A stretch of DNA of 63,961 nt, the filler included, from Octopus bimaculoides (lineage: Eukaryota), in assembly GCF_001194135.2 (NCBI RefSeq). It is 4 parts of 4 records of this genome, joined end to end, with 100 filler letters (N's around TTAATTAATTAA, not from the genome) between each part and the next. Parts side by side here need not be neighbours in the genome. Positions count along the whole stretch, not along the records: positions 1 to 11,848 come from NC_069000.1; positions 11,949 to 35,410 come from NC_069002.1; 2 more parts are not named here. One strand, 5' to 3'. Positions within the stretch are counted from its first letter, which is position 1. Every line of letters starts with the position of its first letter. The translations under genes were made by a program, and so were the position numbers. Shown here piece by piece: positions 1-13,571 of this stretch. The notes beneath the pieces were generated by a model. That model searched no databases. It was given only the letters and a program-made list of their open reading frames with translations, and was not told the origin of the DNA.

Positions 1-329
1 AAATATATAAATATGTAGTTTTAGAGAAAAGAACCAAAGTTCATGAACTCATCCATGAAAATCCACAGTCACATATAGAAAAATTAATAAGTAAATGCAC
101 AATAAATAAGTATAATATAATACAAAGTAAAAATCATAAGATAATGATAATAATAATAATATTATCATTTGACAGGGCATCATTTTTACTAAGGTGGACT
201 GGTCTTCACAAGCCCAGCATATCACCATTCATCTCGATCCTTTGCCATCTCCTTTATGAGGCTCAACATCTTGAGGTTGGTCTTCACTACTCCATCCATT
301 TTCCTGAGTTTCCTACTTCCTCAGGTTCC

Positions 330-660
330 ATCCAAATTTAGTGATCAACACTTTTTTCTGCTGCTGTCCTCATCCATCCACATCTCATGACAACACCATG
401 GCAGTCTTCTTTCTTGCACACTTCATATGACCTTTGATAACCAGTTTTTCACTCAACACATCTGTACTTTGTCATATATACACACTGACATTGCACATCC
501 ACAAAGCATAATACCTTCATTTCTTTCTAGTCTTTGCATATCCTCTGCAGTCATGGCCCAAGTTTCACAACCATCTAACATTGCTATTCATACATAAGCA
601 TCATACAATCTACCTTTCACTCTGAGAGAGGGGCCTTTTGTCACAGAGGTAATAACTCCC
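330..660 (-). mobile_element. Decayed RTE-clade LINE, ORF2 C-terminal (post-RT) fragment
   Basis: Minus strand reads ...KGPSLRVKGRLYDAC..., the same motif as the plus-strand copy at 6.3 kb (KGFSLRVKGR); stops and frameshifts present. Confidence 0.7.
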
Positions 661-1249
661 TTAGCATATGCATACATTCATCGTCATTGTTTGAATGTTA
701 ACTTTTCCATGCTCGCAGGATTCGTTGGGGCAGATTTTCTACAGTCAAATGCCCTTCATGTCACCAACTCTCCTCTGTTTTCAAGCAAGGTAACAGTGGA
801 AATAGACACTGCTCGTATAGCAGTGATTCTTACCTGCCTAATAGTGTCTCAAATCCTTTTATGTTGAAAGACTGTGGAAACTCATTGGATTTTCAGTATG
901 TATGGTTCAAAAGGTCGCTCTTAATGTGCTCAGGGAATACACTAAAATTACAAGCATATATGGAAAATTCAGAGGAATACTCAACCATTTATCCTATAAT
1001 TGAATGGGTAGTCAGTTCTGTTGAATAAACAATTGGAATATCCTTGTTAGTGCAGACAGAATATTCATTTACTTTATGTGAGAGAGGGGGCACACACACA
1101 CACACACGCGCGTACACTAATAAAAAGAGATTGAGTGTGGGTGGGAGGGTGGTGGCATACGTATGACTTAACTATGTAAAAACTGGGCAACAAATGAAAA
1201 ACTTAAATACATAGAGGACTGGCTATCCAAATTGACAGTAGCTTAGCTA

Positions 1250-1500
1250 GATAAAGCAATTAAGGATATGAAGACAAGGAAAACCTCTGACCCATCAGGA
1301 ATCACCACTAAGATACTTAAAATATCTGGCAGAATGGGATATGACCTGGTCACCTGTATAGTTAATCAGGTTATCACAAGGGAGTCATATCCAATGATTG
1401 GTGTAGCAGCATTATAGTCAACTGCTACAAAGGCAAGGGTGATGCCCTTGACAGAAATAATTACGGAGGCACCAAATTGCTAGACCAAGTGATGAAATTT
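1250..1500 (+). mobile_element. Decayed RTE-clade LINE, RT N-terminal fragment
   Basis: Translates to GRKTSDPSGITTKILKISG...(R)NNYGGTKLLDQVMK, resembling the non-LTR RT domain 0-1 region (GPDGI...NYRGIKLL). Confidence 0.55.
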
Positions 1501-2161
1501 GCTTGTCCTCTACATCCCTGTCCAGCTGAGCATTCCTAATCTTGCAGGCTTGTAGGTGTTGGTGCCACATAAAAAGCACCTGTACCAGTACCATGTAAAC
1601 GTACCCATGCCAATGCTGCATAAAAGCACCCAGCACACTCTGTAAAGCAGATGGTGTTAGGAAGGGCATCCAGTCGTGGAAAGTGGATGTCAAACGATGA
1701 CAATGATGATGATGATTATGTCTCTATAAAACTAGCTTTTAGGCATTGAATGGCTATGGGGATCCACTAGAATAAAATAGTAATCAAAGGGGTCCATAGA
1801 TAAAAAATGGTTGAGAAGCCCTGATCTAGAGTATTTTGGCAGAAATTAAACATTTAATAAACTTCTTGGAAATGACCAGACATCAAAAATACTGACAAGG
1901 AATGACAAGAGAACATTTCTTTTTACACATAAGCAAAATTAAAAATGTCTGTTTGGCATTCAGATTTGTCTGTCCAATGAAACGCTTATTTATTCACATT
2001 GTTTTGAGTTAATTACACATAGTCTTATAGCTTTGAGATTTCAACGATGTAATTATTATTTTTATTGTAGGGTAGGTGTGAGAAGTCAGATCTGACTGGT
2101 TTCGACATAAAGCAAGTACAATATTTAAACCAGATATGACTGGTTTAAATGATAGATTTCA

Positions 2162-2192
<31 letters not shown>

Positions 2193-2199
<7 letters not shown>

Positions 2200-3425
2200 T
2201 GGTGAATAAACTGTCATCTAAATTACGTAAAAATGAANNNNNNNNNNNNNNNNNNNNNNNNNNNNNNNNNNNNNNNNNNNNNNNNNNNNNNNNNNNNNNN
2301 NNNNNNNNNNNNNNNNNNNNNNNNNNNNNNNNNNNNNNNNNNNNNNNNNNNNNNNNNNNNNNNNNNNNNNNNNNNNNNNNNNNNNNNNNNCCAGAAGAGT
2401 TGCAGGAGATTACGAAGTCGTCTGGCTTCAACCACAGCCTCCAGACGACTTCGTAATCTCCTGCAACTCTTCTGGACGATTTCCTTGTTTAAGTTGGTGA
2501 ACGCGGCCATGATCTTTGCCTTCAATTCATCTTTGGTGTTACAAGGAGCTTTGTTGGTCTCTCACTCAACTGCACCCCACACATAATAATCAAGGAGGTT
2601 GCAGTCTGGAGAGTTTGGTGGCAAGTTGTTTTGGGTAATGTGGTTGTAGAAATTGTCTGACAGCCATGACTGGGTTCTCCTGCTTGTGTGGCATGGTGCA
2701 GAGTCCTGTTGCCAGACACAGGGTCTTCCAGCAATTACTGTCTTCAACTGGGGCAGCACTATCTCCTCCAGGCACTTGATGTAGGCTTCTGTGTTGAGTG
2801 TGAGGCCATGTGAAAGATGAATGGAGGCATAATGCTACCATCACTAGTGATGTTGACTGAATGTGTGATTTTTATCACTCTCGGTACATGTTTTGGGGAT
2901 ACAGCAAGCCAACAGTTGCTCTGTGTGTTCAGCATCTGATCCTGGCAAAATTTTTTCTTGTCTGAGAAAAACCAAAGCATGTTCAGTTGGAGGGGATGCT
3001 TGAGTTTGTTCAAAAGCTTTGTAGCATGGTCTTTTCTCTCCTCCTTGATGGCTTGGGATAAAAATTAGTCCTTTCTCATCTTGCATGAGGAATACAGAAT
3101 GTCTTCATATACTACCTGCCTGATAAGAATCTCATACACTTCCATGTCTCTGATCAACTTGGAGGGATCATAGTTAATCATGCCCTGGATCTCACCAACA
3201 AATTCAGGAGTTCTTTTCTTATCAGAATGATCAGAGTGAGTTTTTCAAGCTGCCACACCTTCATAATCATCAATAAACTCCTCCAACTCTTTCCAAATCC
3301 TCTGCACTGTTCTGAGATTTATACCCAAAAAACTCTGAAATGTTCGTATTGGAGCTTCTGGTGTGAATGCCAAGCAGTACAGTACGTTGTTTCCAAATTT
3401 ATCGCAGAGTGAATTACATCATGGT
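2193..3425 (-). mobile_element. IS630-Tc1-mariner DNA transposon, DD37D (maT) type, pseudogenised
   Basis: Fragments: N-terminal HTH (LLGIHTRSSNTNISEFLGINLRTVQRIWKELEE), WFFSD(K)K, and QQDSAPCHT...PPNSPDCNLLDYYVWG with 37 residues counted between the 2nd and 3rd Asp; C-terminal LKAKIMAAF...SRLEAVVEA; abuts a TA run at about 2193. Confidence 0.85.
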
Positions 3426-3814
3426 GCTGCTTTTCTCACAGGCAGTGCCCAAATATAGTAGAAGACACTTGATCAAATTGCTGTACACTGGGACTGAACC
3501 TGAAACCACATGATTGCAAAGCAAGTTTCTTAACCACACAGTCATGCCTACACTTATACCAATTAATTTCAACCCATTGACAGTAATAAGATTTGTCATT
3601 TGAGAAATAATTGGTAATATGGAGAAGTCATTGAACAATAATGCCCTTGAGTGTTGGATGCAGTCGACTCCAAAGGAATTAATTTGTCAGCAGTTTATTG
3701 TATGGAAATAATGGTTTAGATGAAGTAGTCCAGTCACTGTTTTCACAGCTGCTGTAAACTTGAAAAGATTAACATTTTTAATGATTAAGAAAAAATATGA
3801 AAGTTCATACAATG

Positions 3815-4393
3815 GGGAGAGAGAGGGAGGGAGAAAGAGAGAGATAGAGGTTGATAAATAGATAGATAGAGAGAGAGAGAGAGAGAAGTAGATCTATAGA
3901 TAGAGAGAGGAAGAGATAGATAGGTAGCCAGACAGACAGATAGATAGATAGACAGGCAAACAGACAAGACAGAGTAAAGACAGACTGACAGATAAATAGA
4001 TAGATAGAGAGAGGGGGGAGGGGGAGAGATATGTAGAGAGAGGGGGAGAGGAAGAGATAGATAGATAGAGAGAGAGAGAGAGAAGTAGATCTATAGATAG
4101 AGAGAGGAAGAGATAGATAGGTAGCCAAACAGATAGATAGATAGACAGGCAAACAGACAAGTGGACAGACTGACAGATAAATAGATAGAGAGAGGGGGGA
4201 GATAAGTAGATAGGTAGAGAGAGGGGGAGAGGAAGAGATAGATAGATAGAGAGAGAGAAGTAGATTGATAGATAGATAGAAAGAGGGAGAGGGAGAAGAA
4301 GAGATAGCTAGATAGCCAGACAGACAGGCAGGCGGACAAATAGATAGATAGATAGACAGACAGACAAGACAGTGTAAAGACAGACAGACTGAC

Positions 4394-4428
<35 letters not shown>

Positions 4429-5145
4429 ATATATTTGGGTGTAATGAGCTTAGCTCATTAATGACAGGATATAGGGTGAGATTAGCAAAAAAATAACAAA
4501 GACAAAAAAAGATGTGGTAGCCATTACAAGTGGCTACCCAACAACTGTAGATTATTAAAGATCATTAATATCTTCAAATATTGAAAAAAAAAAAGAAACA
4601 GAAAATAGTGGAATTTCTTTGATCATTTTTTAATCTTTGTCTCATGTATTTGTGAGTGAGCAATAGCCATTGTTGGATATAGATTTGCAATACTCACACA
4701 CACACATACGCATGCATCCATACACAACACGCACACACACACACACACACGCGCACACACACACACACACACACGCGCACACACACAAACATAGACACGC
4801 ACGCACACACATTCATGCATCCACACACACAACACACACACGTACACACACACATGCATGCATCCACACACAACACACCCTCACAAACACACAAACATAT
4901 ACACACACAAACATACACACACACATGCACGCACACACATGCATGCATTCACACACACAACATACACACATGCATCCACACACAACACAAACAAACACAC
5001 ACGCACGCACACACATGCATCCACACACACATACACACACATGCATGCATCCACACACAACACACAAACATACACACACACACGCATGCATGCACACACA
5101 CACATGCATGCATCCACACACACACAACACACACACACATATACA
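3815..5145. repeat. Compound microsatellite blocks: (GA)n/(GATA)n/(GACA)n at about 3815-4430 and (CA)n/CATG at about 4690-5145
   Basis: Directly visible simple repeats; they account for the SLSL/HTHT/CVCV ORFs. Confidence 0.95.
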
Positions 5146-5458
5146 GTGAAGACACATGGCCTTGTGGTTGGGGTTTTGTACCCATGATCTTTTGATCATG
5201 GTTTCAATTCCCAGACTGGCAGTGCATTGTGTTCTTGTGTGAAAGACTTCATTCCATGTGGCTCCTGTCCACTCTACTGTACATGGGCCACTCTGTGATG
5301 GACTGATGTGCCATCCAGGGCCAATGTAAGTCTGCTTGCCTAGCCAGTGGGGGTGTCATCATTTGAAAGCTATAACAATGCAAAGAACAATATTGTAATT
5401 AGTGTTGTATAACAATATCTGATAGTTCGGTTGATACAGCAATATATATGTGTGCAAA

Positions 5459-5860
5459 GGCGGTGAGCTGGCTGAAACGTTAGCGTACCGTGCGAAATGC
5501 TTAGCGGTATTTCGTCTGCTGTTACGTTCTAAGTTCAAATTCCGCCGAGGTTGACTTTGCTTTTAATCCTTTCGGGGTTGATAAATTAAGTACCAGTTAC
5601 GCATTGGGGTCAATGTAATCGACTTAATCCCTTTGTCTGTCCTTGTTTGTCCCCTCTGTGTTTAGCCCCTTGTGGGCAATAAACAAATAAGAAACGTTAG
5701 CACGCCGGGTGAAATGTTTAGCGGTATTTCGTCTGTCTTTACATTCTGAGTTCAAATTTCACCAAGGTTGACTTTGCCTTTCATCCTTTTGGGGTTGATA
5801 AACTAAGTACCAGTTGCATACTGGGGTTGATCTAATTGACTGGCCCCAAAATTTGGGGCC
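5459..5860 (+). mobile_element. tRNA-derived SINE, head-to-tail dimer
   Basis: Head ggcggtgagctggctgaaacgttagc, B-box-like gttcaaattcc, conserved core gcctttcatccttt.ggggttgataaa..aagtaccag; tail ...gggcaataaacaaataagaaa runs straight into a second unit gaaacgttagcacgccggg. Confidence 0.85.
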
Positions 5861-6039
5861 TTGTGCCTAGAGTAGAAAAGGATATATATGTGTGGATCTA
5901 TCAAGTCTGGCTGAGGGGTGAACAGCTTCCTTTCCGACCACATGGTTCCAGATTCAGTCCCACTGCGTGGCACTTTGGGCAAGTGTCTTCTTCTTCTATA
6001 GCCTCAGACAAACTAAAGCCTTGTGAGTGAATTCGGTAG

Positions 6040-6150
6040 ATCCTGCTATCCTTCATTCTAATAAGGTGTCCAGTCCAACGTAACCGGTGCTTGTGCACCA
6101 TTGCCTCAATACTCAAGATATCAGCTGTCCTCAGGACCCGTGTGTCTGGA
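6040..6150 (-). mobile_element. Short LINE (RTE/BovB-like) ORF2 C-terminal fragment
   Basis: KIPDTRVLRTADILSIEAMVHKHRLRWTGHLIRMKDSRI contains the RLRW.GH..RM motif typical of RTE-clade ORF2 ends. Confidence 0.75.
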
Positions 6151-6152
6151 AT

Positions 6153-6184
<32 letters not shown>

Positions 6185-6194
6185 CATACAAGTA

Positions 6195-6790
6195 GATATA
6201 TAAAGATGCTTAGTTTCCATTACTTAGTTGACCAAAGTAGTGGAGGAGGATGCTCTGAAAGGGTAGCTGTTAGAATAAGAACTGGCAGTGTAAAGTTCAG
6301 AGAGCTACTACATTTGGTGGAAACAAAGGGCTTCTCCCTCAGAGTGAAAGGTAGACACCTTTCACTCTGAGGGAGAAGCTTTTGTACAAACAGCTCTGCT
6401 ACATGGTGTGAAACATGGGCTATGAATGCTGAGGACATGTGAAAACTTGAAAGAAATTAAGCCAGGATGCTCAACTGGATGGGCAATGACTGTGCATGTA
6501 TGACAAAGTACAAATATGTTGAGAAAAACAATTGGGTATTAAAGGCATCAGATGTCGTGTGCAAGAAAGAAGACTGCACTGATATTGTCATGTGATGAGG
6601 ATGGATGAGAATAAACTGCATAAAAAAAAGGCTGATCACTAGATGTGGAAGGAACCTGTGAAAGAGAAAGACATGGAACAAAGTGGCGAAAAAGGATCTT
6701 CAAATGTTGAGCCTCACAGAGGAGATGGCAAAGGACTGTGACAATTGGCAGTTTACTGAGCTTGAGAATACTGATCCAGCTAAATAAAAA
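6195..6790 (+). mobile_element. Decayed RTE-clade LINE ORF2 3' part
   Basis: YLVDQSSGGGCSERVAVRIRTGSVKFRELLHLVETKGFSLRVKGR followed by frameshifted remnants to the ORF end. Confidence 0.75.
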
Positions 6791-7748
6791 TCAAGACAAA
6801 AAGACATGTCCTTCATGTCCGAGCCCCTGCACACAGTCTGTCCCTGACAAACCTCTCCTCCACATCTCATCTACCTGATATCTGTCTCTTCCCTCATCTA
6901 CGTTCACCACTCACTGTATTCCCCTCCCTTCTATCCCCTACTCTCCCTTGCAAACCAACCTATCCACAGTTTACAAAAATCTTCCTGCAATACATTCCAT
7001 GAAGTCCGACTAACATGCCCATCGCTAAGGAGGTGCACTGGATGGCATTGACCCCTCACTATTCAATGGTGCACCCTCAAATTTACAAAATACAGTTTAC
7101 AAAAATCTTCCTGCCCACCCAGAATATTCTGAAACACTTCCTGGCACCAAAGTCTGGTGACAGACTGGGTTGATGTAATTGACTTATTCTTCCCTCTAAA
7201 ATTGCTTGGCCCCTTGCCAAAATTTGAAACAATTATTACTACTTGTATTAAGGATTCAAAAGAGATTTAGCTGCTATTTCTAACTGGCTGATGAGCCACA
7301 TAGAAATTACCTCCCTGGATGCTTGTTGGTTATGCTGTTCTTGTTGTTTTTACCGGGGTCAAGCCTCATTGAGCAAACCTGTCATAACAGGCATTCTAGC
7401 CATGACCATTCATGTTATATCCTAGACCACAGTTGTCAATGTGGCTCTCTCATTGGTTGGTCATGCTGTGTTTATATGAGTTGACAGCAAGTGACAGTCA
7501 TGTCTGAACCTGCTCAATGCAGTCTGCTGTTGAACAGGTTGTGACATGTTTGAGAAGTTAGAGGTACAAGACTGAGCATCACTGTACACTAGACTACTCT
7601 TTGTTGAGACAGTGTAATAAGATGAACATATCCAGAAATAATAGGACAAACATCTCTCTATCTCTCTCTCCCATTCTCTCCCCCTCTCCCTCTCCCTCTC
7701 TCTCTCTCCCTAACTATTTGTCTGTCCGTCTGCCTCTCTATCTGTCTA

Positions 7749-7787
<39 letters not shown>

Positions 7788-7922
7788 ATTCTATCTATCT
7801 ATCTATCTGTCTGTCTGTCCACCTGTCTATCTATCTATCTATCATTCTATCTCTCTATCTATCTGTCTGTCTGTCTTCTGTCTGTCCACCTGTCTATCTA
7901 TCTATCTGTCTGTCTGTCAGTC

Positions 7923-7983
<61 letters not shown>

Positions 7984-8734
7984 GTCTGTCTATCCATCTG
8001 TGGGTCTATCTACCTGCCTCTCTGTCTATCCATGTAACTAATCTATCTATCTTTCTGTCTGTCCCTATTTATCTACCTGCTTGTCTACTTATCTGTCTAG
8101 TTCTAACTACCACATTATAACAGTATAACGAAACCTATTATGAAAAAATTAAACTTTCTTATACATTAGTGTATAGTCTTCTATTGTCTTTCATAGCCTC
8201 TCCTAATAATCACACAATGTCCTATTCTATATATCAAGCATTGTCACCATGTCTGCCAAAGAACAGACTATTCACCTCTCAACCACACTGTGTGGTCTAT
8301 CCTCAATTTTAATTCCTTGGAAGGTTCTGATGAATTACCTCAAATCAAAGCAAAATTTTTATCTTCAGTTGTCTCCCTTGTATTTGGTTGATTAAAACCT
8401 TGTTCAGTAATGTTTACCTCTTCTTGTCACATTATAATCCTGATTAATTAAAGCTATCAGCACTTGTCATATTGAGTGCATTCTCTAACTGTCTCTTACT
8501 GTTTATCATGTATTCATTTCAGTCACTGAAATGTGGTCATGCTGGGGCACTACCACAAAGGGTTTTAGTCGAACAAATCAACCTCAGTACTCATACTTTT
8601 CTGAGTGTGGTACTTATTTTACCAGTATCTTTTGTCAAACCATCAAAATATCAGGATGTAAACAAACCAACATGGTGGTAATTTGCAATCCCTCAATCAA
8701 AATTTGTTTGTAGGAGCTCCAGAATACACTAGTT

Positions 8735-9430
8735 GTATCAACAAGTCCATTAATTGTTTGGTGACAATCCTCCAAGTTCAGTTCGAGGTTGATGGTCACC
8801 CTGAACAAGGATGGTCTTCAAGTGACAAGTGACCATTCCTAAAGCAGGAAAATCACTCGTAAACTTGTGTTTTGCTCATGGCAGCATCCTTGTAAGCTGA
8901 TTGAAGTAGACAACTGTTTCTGCCACTGTTTTCTCCAGCAGAAAACAGAATTTCACAGAAGCACGCTGTTCCTTCGTTTCAGCCATCAGAAAAATCAATG
9001 AACAGCGGCGAGCTGGCAGAAACGTTAGCACACCGGGGCGAAATGCTTAGCGGTATTTCGTCTACTGCTACGTTCTGAGTTCAAATTCCACCAAGGTCAA
9101 CTTTGTCTTTCATCCTTTCGGAGTCGATAAATTAAGTACCAGTTACGCACGGGTGTCAATGTAATCGACTTAATCCCTTTGTCTGTCCTTGTTTGCCCCC
9201 CATATGTTTAGCCCTTTGTGGTCAGTAAAGAAATAAGAAAAATCAATGAACAAGGGAGAAGCACAGCAAAACAAAGGCGCACCACATGGTAGTACGACAT
9301 CACTTGATGCTGCTGGTTGTCAGACTGATGCCTGAGGATTGCATCAAGTGGGTTCTAGCAACCAAAGCCTGAACTACAATGGGCTTGTCCCAGAGAGAAC
9401 ATTTCCGGTTGCTTTTGGGTACCGCGTCAT
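8735..9430 (-). mobile_element. Mariner 5' half (TIR plus HTH region), interrupted by a SINE
   Basis: Minus strand MAETKEQRASVKFCFLLEKT starting near 8986; terminal sequence ttttgggtaccgcgtcata at about 9411-9430 matches the terminus of the copy at about 44279-44297. Confidence 0.75.
9005..9235 (+). mobile_element. tRNA-derived SINE with 17-bp target-site duplication
   Basis: agaaaaatcaatgaaca occurs at 8988-9004 and 9236-9252 flanking a full SINE. Confidence 0.9.
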
Positions 9431-10716
9431 ATATGTAAATATCTATGTGTTTGTCTTTGTGTCTGTATTTGTCCCCCATCACCCCTTAACTTTACACCCC
9501 CTTAACTTCGTGGTTCCATAGAATAAGTACCAGGCTTTAAAAAAATGAATACTGGGATCAATACAATCAACTAAGAATTCTTCAAGGCAGTGCCCTAGCA
9601 TGGCTACAGTCTACTGACTGAAACAAATAAAAGATAAACGTGTGTGTGTGTGTGTTTGTTTGTCCCCGCCCTCACTGCTTGTCAACCCATGTTGATGTGT
9701 TTACTGATAGAATAAATGTTAGTCTTTAAAAAAAAAGTGCTAGGGTTGATTGTTCAACTAAAACCCTTTGAGGCAGTACCCCAGCATGGCCGCAGCCAAC
9801 TGACTGGAACAAGTAAAAAGAAAAAGAAAAAGAATATGTAGGCACTGGAGTGGCTGTATGGCATTAAAATTGTAAATATTTAATCGATACAGCTACCTCA
9901 CCCCTTTTATGTTTGTCTGTCCTTGTTTGTCCCCTCTTTGTAATGCCTTTATGGCAAATATTTATGAAATAAAGAAGCTTGCTTCCCAACCACATGGTTC
10001 CAGGTTCAGTCCTACTGCGTGGCACCNNNNNNNNNNNNNNNNNNNNNNNNNNNNNNNNNNNNNNNNNNNNNNNNNNNNNNNNNNNNNNNNNNNNNNNNNN
10101 NNNNNNNNNNNNNNNNNNNNNNNNNNNNNNNNNNNNNNNNNNNNNNNNNNNNNNNNNNNNNNNNNNNNNNNNNNNNNNNNNNNNNNNNNNNNNNNNNNNN
10201 NNNNNNNNNNNNNNNNNNNNNNNNNNNNNNNNNNNNNNNNNNNNNNNNNNNNNNNNNNNNNNNNNNNNNNNNNNNNNNNNNNNNNNNNNNNNNNNNNNNN
10301 NNNNNNNNNNNNNNNNNNNNNNNNNNNNNNNNNNNNNNNNNNNNNNNNNNNNNNNNNNNNNNNNNNNNNNNNNNNNNNNNNNNNNNNNNNNNNNNNNNNN
10401 NNNNNNNNNNNNNNNNNNNNNNNNNNNNNNNNNNNNNNNNNNNNNNNNNNNNNNNNNNNNNNNNNNNNNNNNNNNNNNNNNNNNNNNNNNNNNNNNNNNN
10501 NNNNNNNNNNNNNNNNNNNNNNNNNNNNNNNNNNNNNNNNNNNNNNNNNNNNNNNNNNNNNNNNNNNNNNNNNNNNNNNNNNNNNNNNNNNNNNNNNNNN
10601 NNNNNNNNNNNNNNNNNNNNNNNNNNNNNNNNNNNNNNNNNNNNNNNNNNNNNNNNNNNNNNNNNNNNNNNNNNNNNNNNNNNNNNNNNNNNNNNNNNNN
10701 NNNNNNNNNNNNNNNN

Positions 10717-10763
<47 letters not shown>

Positions 10764-11892
10764 GTGTGCCTGTGCCTGTGTGTTCACACAAACACATAAT
10801 GTGAAGAGGCCCCAGCCTGGCTGCAGTCCACTGACTGGAACAGAAGTTAAAGGTTAAAGTCCAAAGTTAAAAAAATTTCATGTCTATTGATCTTTTCTAA
10901 GGCTGTCTCCTACCACAACTCCTTTTCTGGGGCTCTTATAGCCAGTAAAGAAAAAGGAGAATATGTCTTCTTTAATTCTCATCTTCCTCCTCCTCTTTTT
11001 CTTCTCCTTCTTCCTCCTTCTGTTTACACTAACAAAAACAATAGTATTTTCTTCTTTTACACATTCCTATTTCAGTTTAATAGTCATTTAGCAAATAGTC
11101 TTTCAGCTCAAACACTGCAGGTGGTACCTTTCAAATGAAGTTTAATTGATTTAACAGAGTAATTTTCAAAGCATTCTATTTACTAGGTCAGTCAAGGGTT
11201 TGTTGGGAGGTTTTTTTTCCCCCATTTTTATCTTTATTTTCCACATTTAGAGTTTGACCAATGGACTGGACACTTGAAACATGCTTCTGCTCAAAGATTA
11301 AATTTCAATGATGACAATGACAATGATGATGGTGGTGGTGGTGAAACTTTATGATGACAATGATAATGATGATGATGTTGATGATGTTGGTGGTGGTGGT
11401 GATGGTGGTGGTGGCAGTGGTTGTGGTCATTAATTAGGACATTTTTGTTTTCTATTTTTCAGGTAAAGGCCTAGCAGTGTGGATACAAAAAAAGAAAAAA
11501 AATAGCTTGCTTTCACATCATATGGTCTTAAGTTCAGTCCCACTGCATGGCACCTTGAGCAAGTGTCTTATATATATATATATATATATATAATAATATT
11601 AGGGACAAAATCCAAAATTACAGGTAAAAAACTCAATTAAAATCAATTTATAAAAAATTAAAATTAAATTGAGCCTTATAGATAAAGTATATATAAAATA
11701 TATAGTTTTAGGGAAAATAACCAATTTTCAAGAACTCATCGATGAAAATCCACTACCACATATAGAAAAATTAATAATTAAAAGCACAATAAATGAGTAT
11801 AATATAAAGTAAAGTAAATATCATAAGATAAATATAATAAAAAGATTANNNNNNNNNNNNNNNNNNNNNNNNNNNNNNNNNNNNNNNNNNNN

Positions 11893-11904
11893 TTAATTAA
11901 TTAA
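11893..11904. other. Artificial scaffold spacer TTAATTAATTAA inside a 100-bp gap (also at 35455-35466 and 60045-60056)
   Basis: Each copy is flanked by 44 N on each side; palindromic with stops in all six frames. Confidence 0.95.
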
Positions 11905-11948
11905 NNNNNNNNNNNNNNNNNNNNNNNNNNNNNNNNNNNNNNNNNNNN

Positions 11949-12430
11949 GTGGTGGTGGTGGTAATGGTGGTGATAGTGGCGATGATGATGGGTAGTGGTG
12001 GCAGTGGAGGTTTTGGTGATGGTGGTGGTGTTCGTGACTGGTGGTAGTGGTGGTTGTAGTGAGAGTCGTGAACATGGTGGTGATGGTGGTGGTGGTGGTG
12101 GTGATGATGATGTTAGCAATAGTGATGATGGTGATGGCTAGTTGTGGCTGTGATGGTCTTGGTGAGGACAATGGTGGTGGTGGTGGTGGTTGTGGTGGGG
12201 GTACCGGTGATGATGATAGTGAGGGTGGGGGTAGGGGTGGTGGTGGTAGTGATGGTGATGATGGAGTTAGCAGTTGGGGGAGTGATGATGGCGGTGGTGG
12301 TGATGGTGATGATGTTGGCAATGGTCCTGAGGGTTTGTACTGAGAGCTTGATAATAGTAGTAGTAGTAGTAGTAGTAGTAACGGTGGTAGCAGTGGTGTT
12401 GGGGTAGTGGTGGTGGTGGTGCCGATGTAG
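11949..12430. repeat. (GGT/GAT/TAG)n trinucleotide microsatellite; a similar block lies at about 14635-15030
   Basis: Direct inspection; source of the poly-Val/Gly/Pro/Thr pseudo-ORFs. Confidence 0.95.
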
Positions 12431-12628
12431 ATGTCATCTTGACAGCTACAGCCTCCATGCGATGAGTCAGACAATAATTGCAGTTAATAAATTGATGCGA
12501 AATAGAAAACGATGGGTTCATTCCATGCAGGCATTACTTTTGTGTGTGTCAGTGTATGTATATGTGTGTATATATAAACGCATGCATACACACACACATA
12601 TATATAGATACAAACATATATGTGGGTA

Positions 12629-12676
<48 letters not shown>

Positions 12677-12792
12677 AAGTTATATATTTTTGTGTATATA
12701 GATACTATTAGTTATAAAAAACATATACTCATGTGTATATGTATGTGTGTGTATTCACATGCCAAGAGTTTAAGGCATTCGTACTTATTAAA

Positions 12793-12849
<57 letters not shown>

Positions 12850-13492
12850 NNNNNNNNNNNNNNNNNNNNNNNNNNNNNNNNNNNNNNNNNNNNNNNNNNN
12901 NNNNNNNNNNNNNNNNNNNNNNNNNNNNNNNNNNNNNNNNNNNNNNNNNNNNNNNNNNNNNNNNNNNNNNNNNNNNNNNNNNNNNNNNNNNNNNNNNNNN
13001 NNNNNNNNNNNNNNNNNNNNNNNNNNNNNNNNNNNNNNNNNNNNNNNNNNNNNNNNNNNNNNNNNNNNNNNNNNNNNNNNNNNNNNNNNNNNNNNNNNNN
13101 NNNNNNNNNNNNNNNNNNNNNNNNNNNNNNNNNNNNNNNNNNNNNNNNNNNNNNNNNNNNNNNNNNNNNNNNNNNNNNNNNNNNNNNNNNNNNNNNNNNN
13201 NNNNNNNNNNNNNNNNNNNNNNNNNNNNNNNNNNNNNNNNNNNNNNNNNNNNNNNNNNNNNNNNNNNNNNNNNNNNNNNNNNNNNNNNNNNNNNNNNNNN
13301 NNNNNNNNNNNNNNNNNNNNNNNNNNNNNNNNNNNNNNNNNNNNNNNNNNNNNNNNNNNNNNNNNNNNNNNNNNNNNNNNNNNNNNNNNNNNNNNNNNNN
13401 NNNNNNACACATATATACATACATACATACATACACATATATACATACATACATACATACACATATATACATACATACATACACATATATAC

Positions 13493-13571
<79 letters not shown>

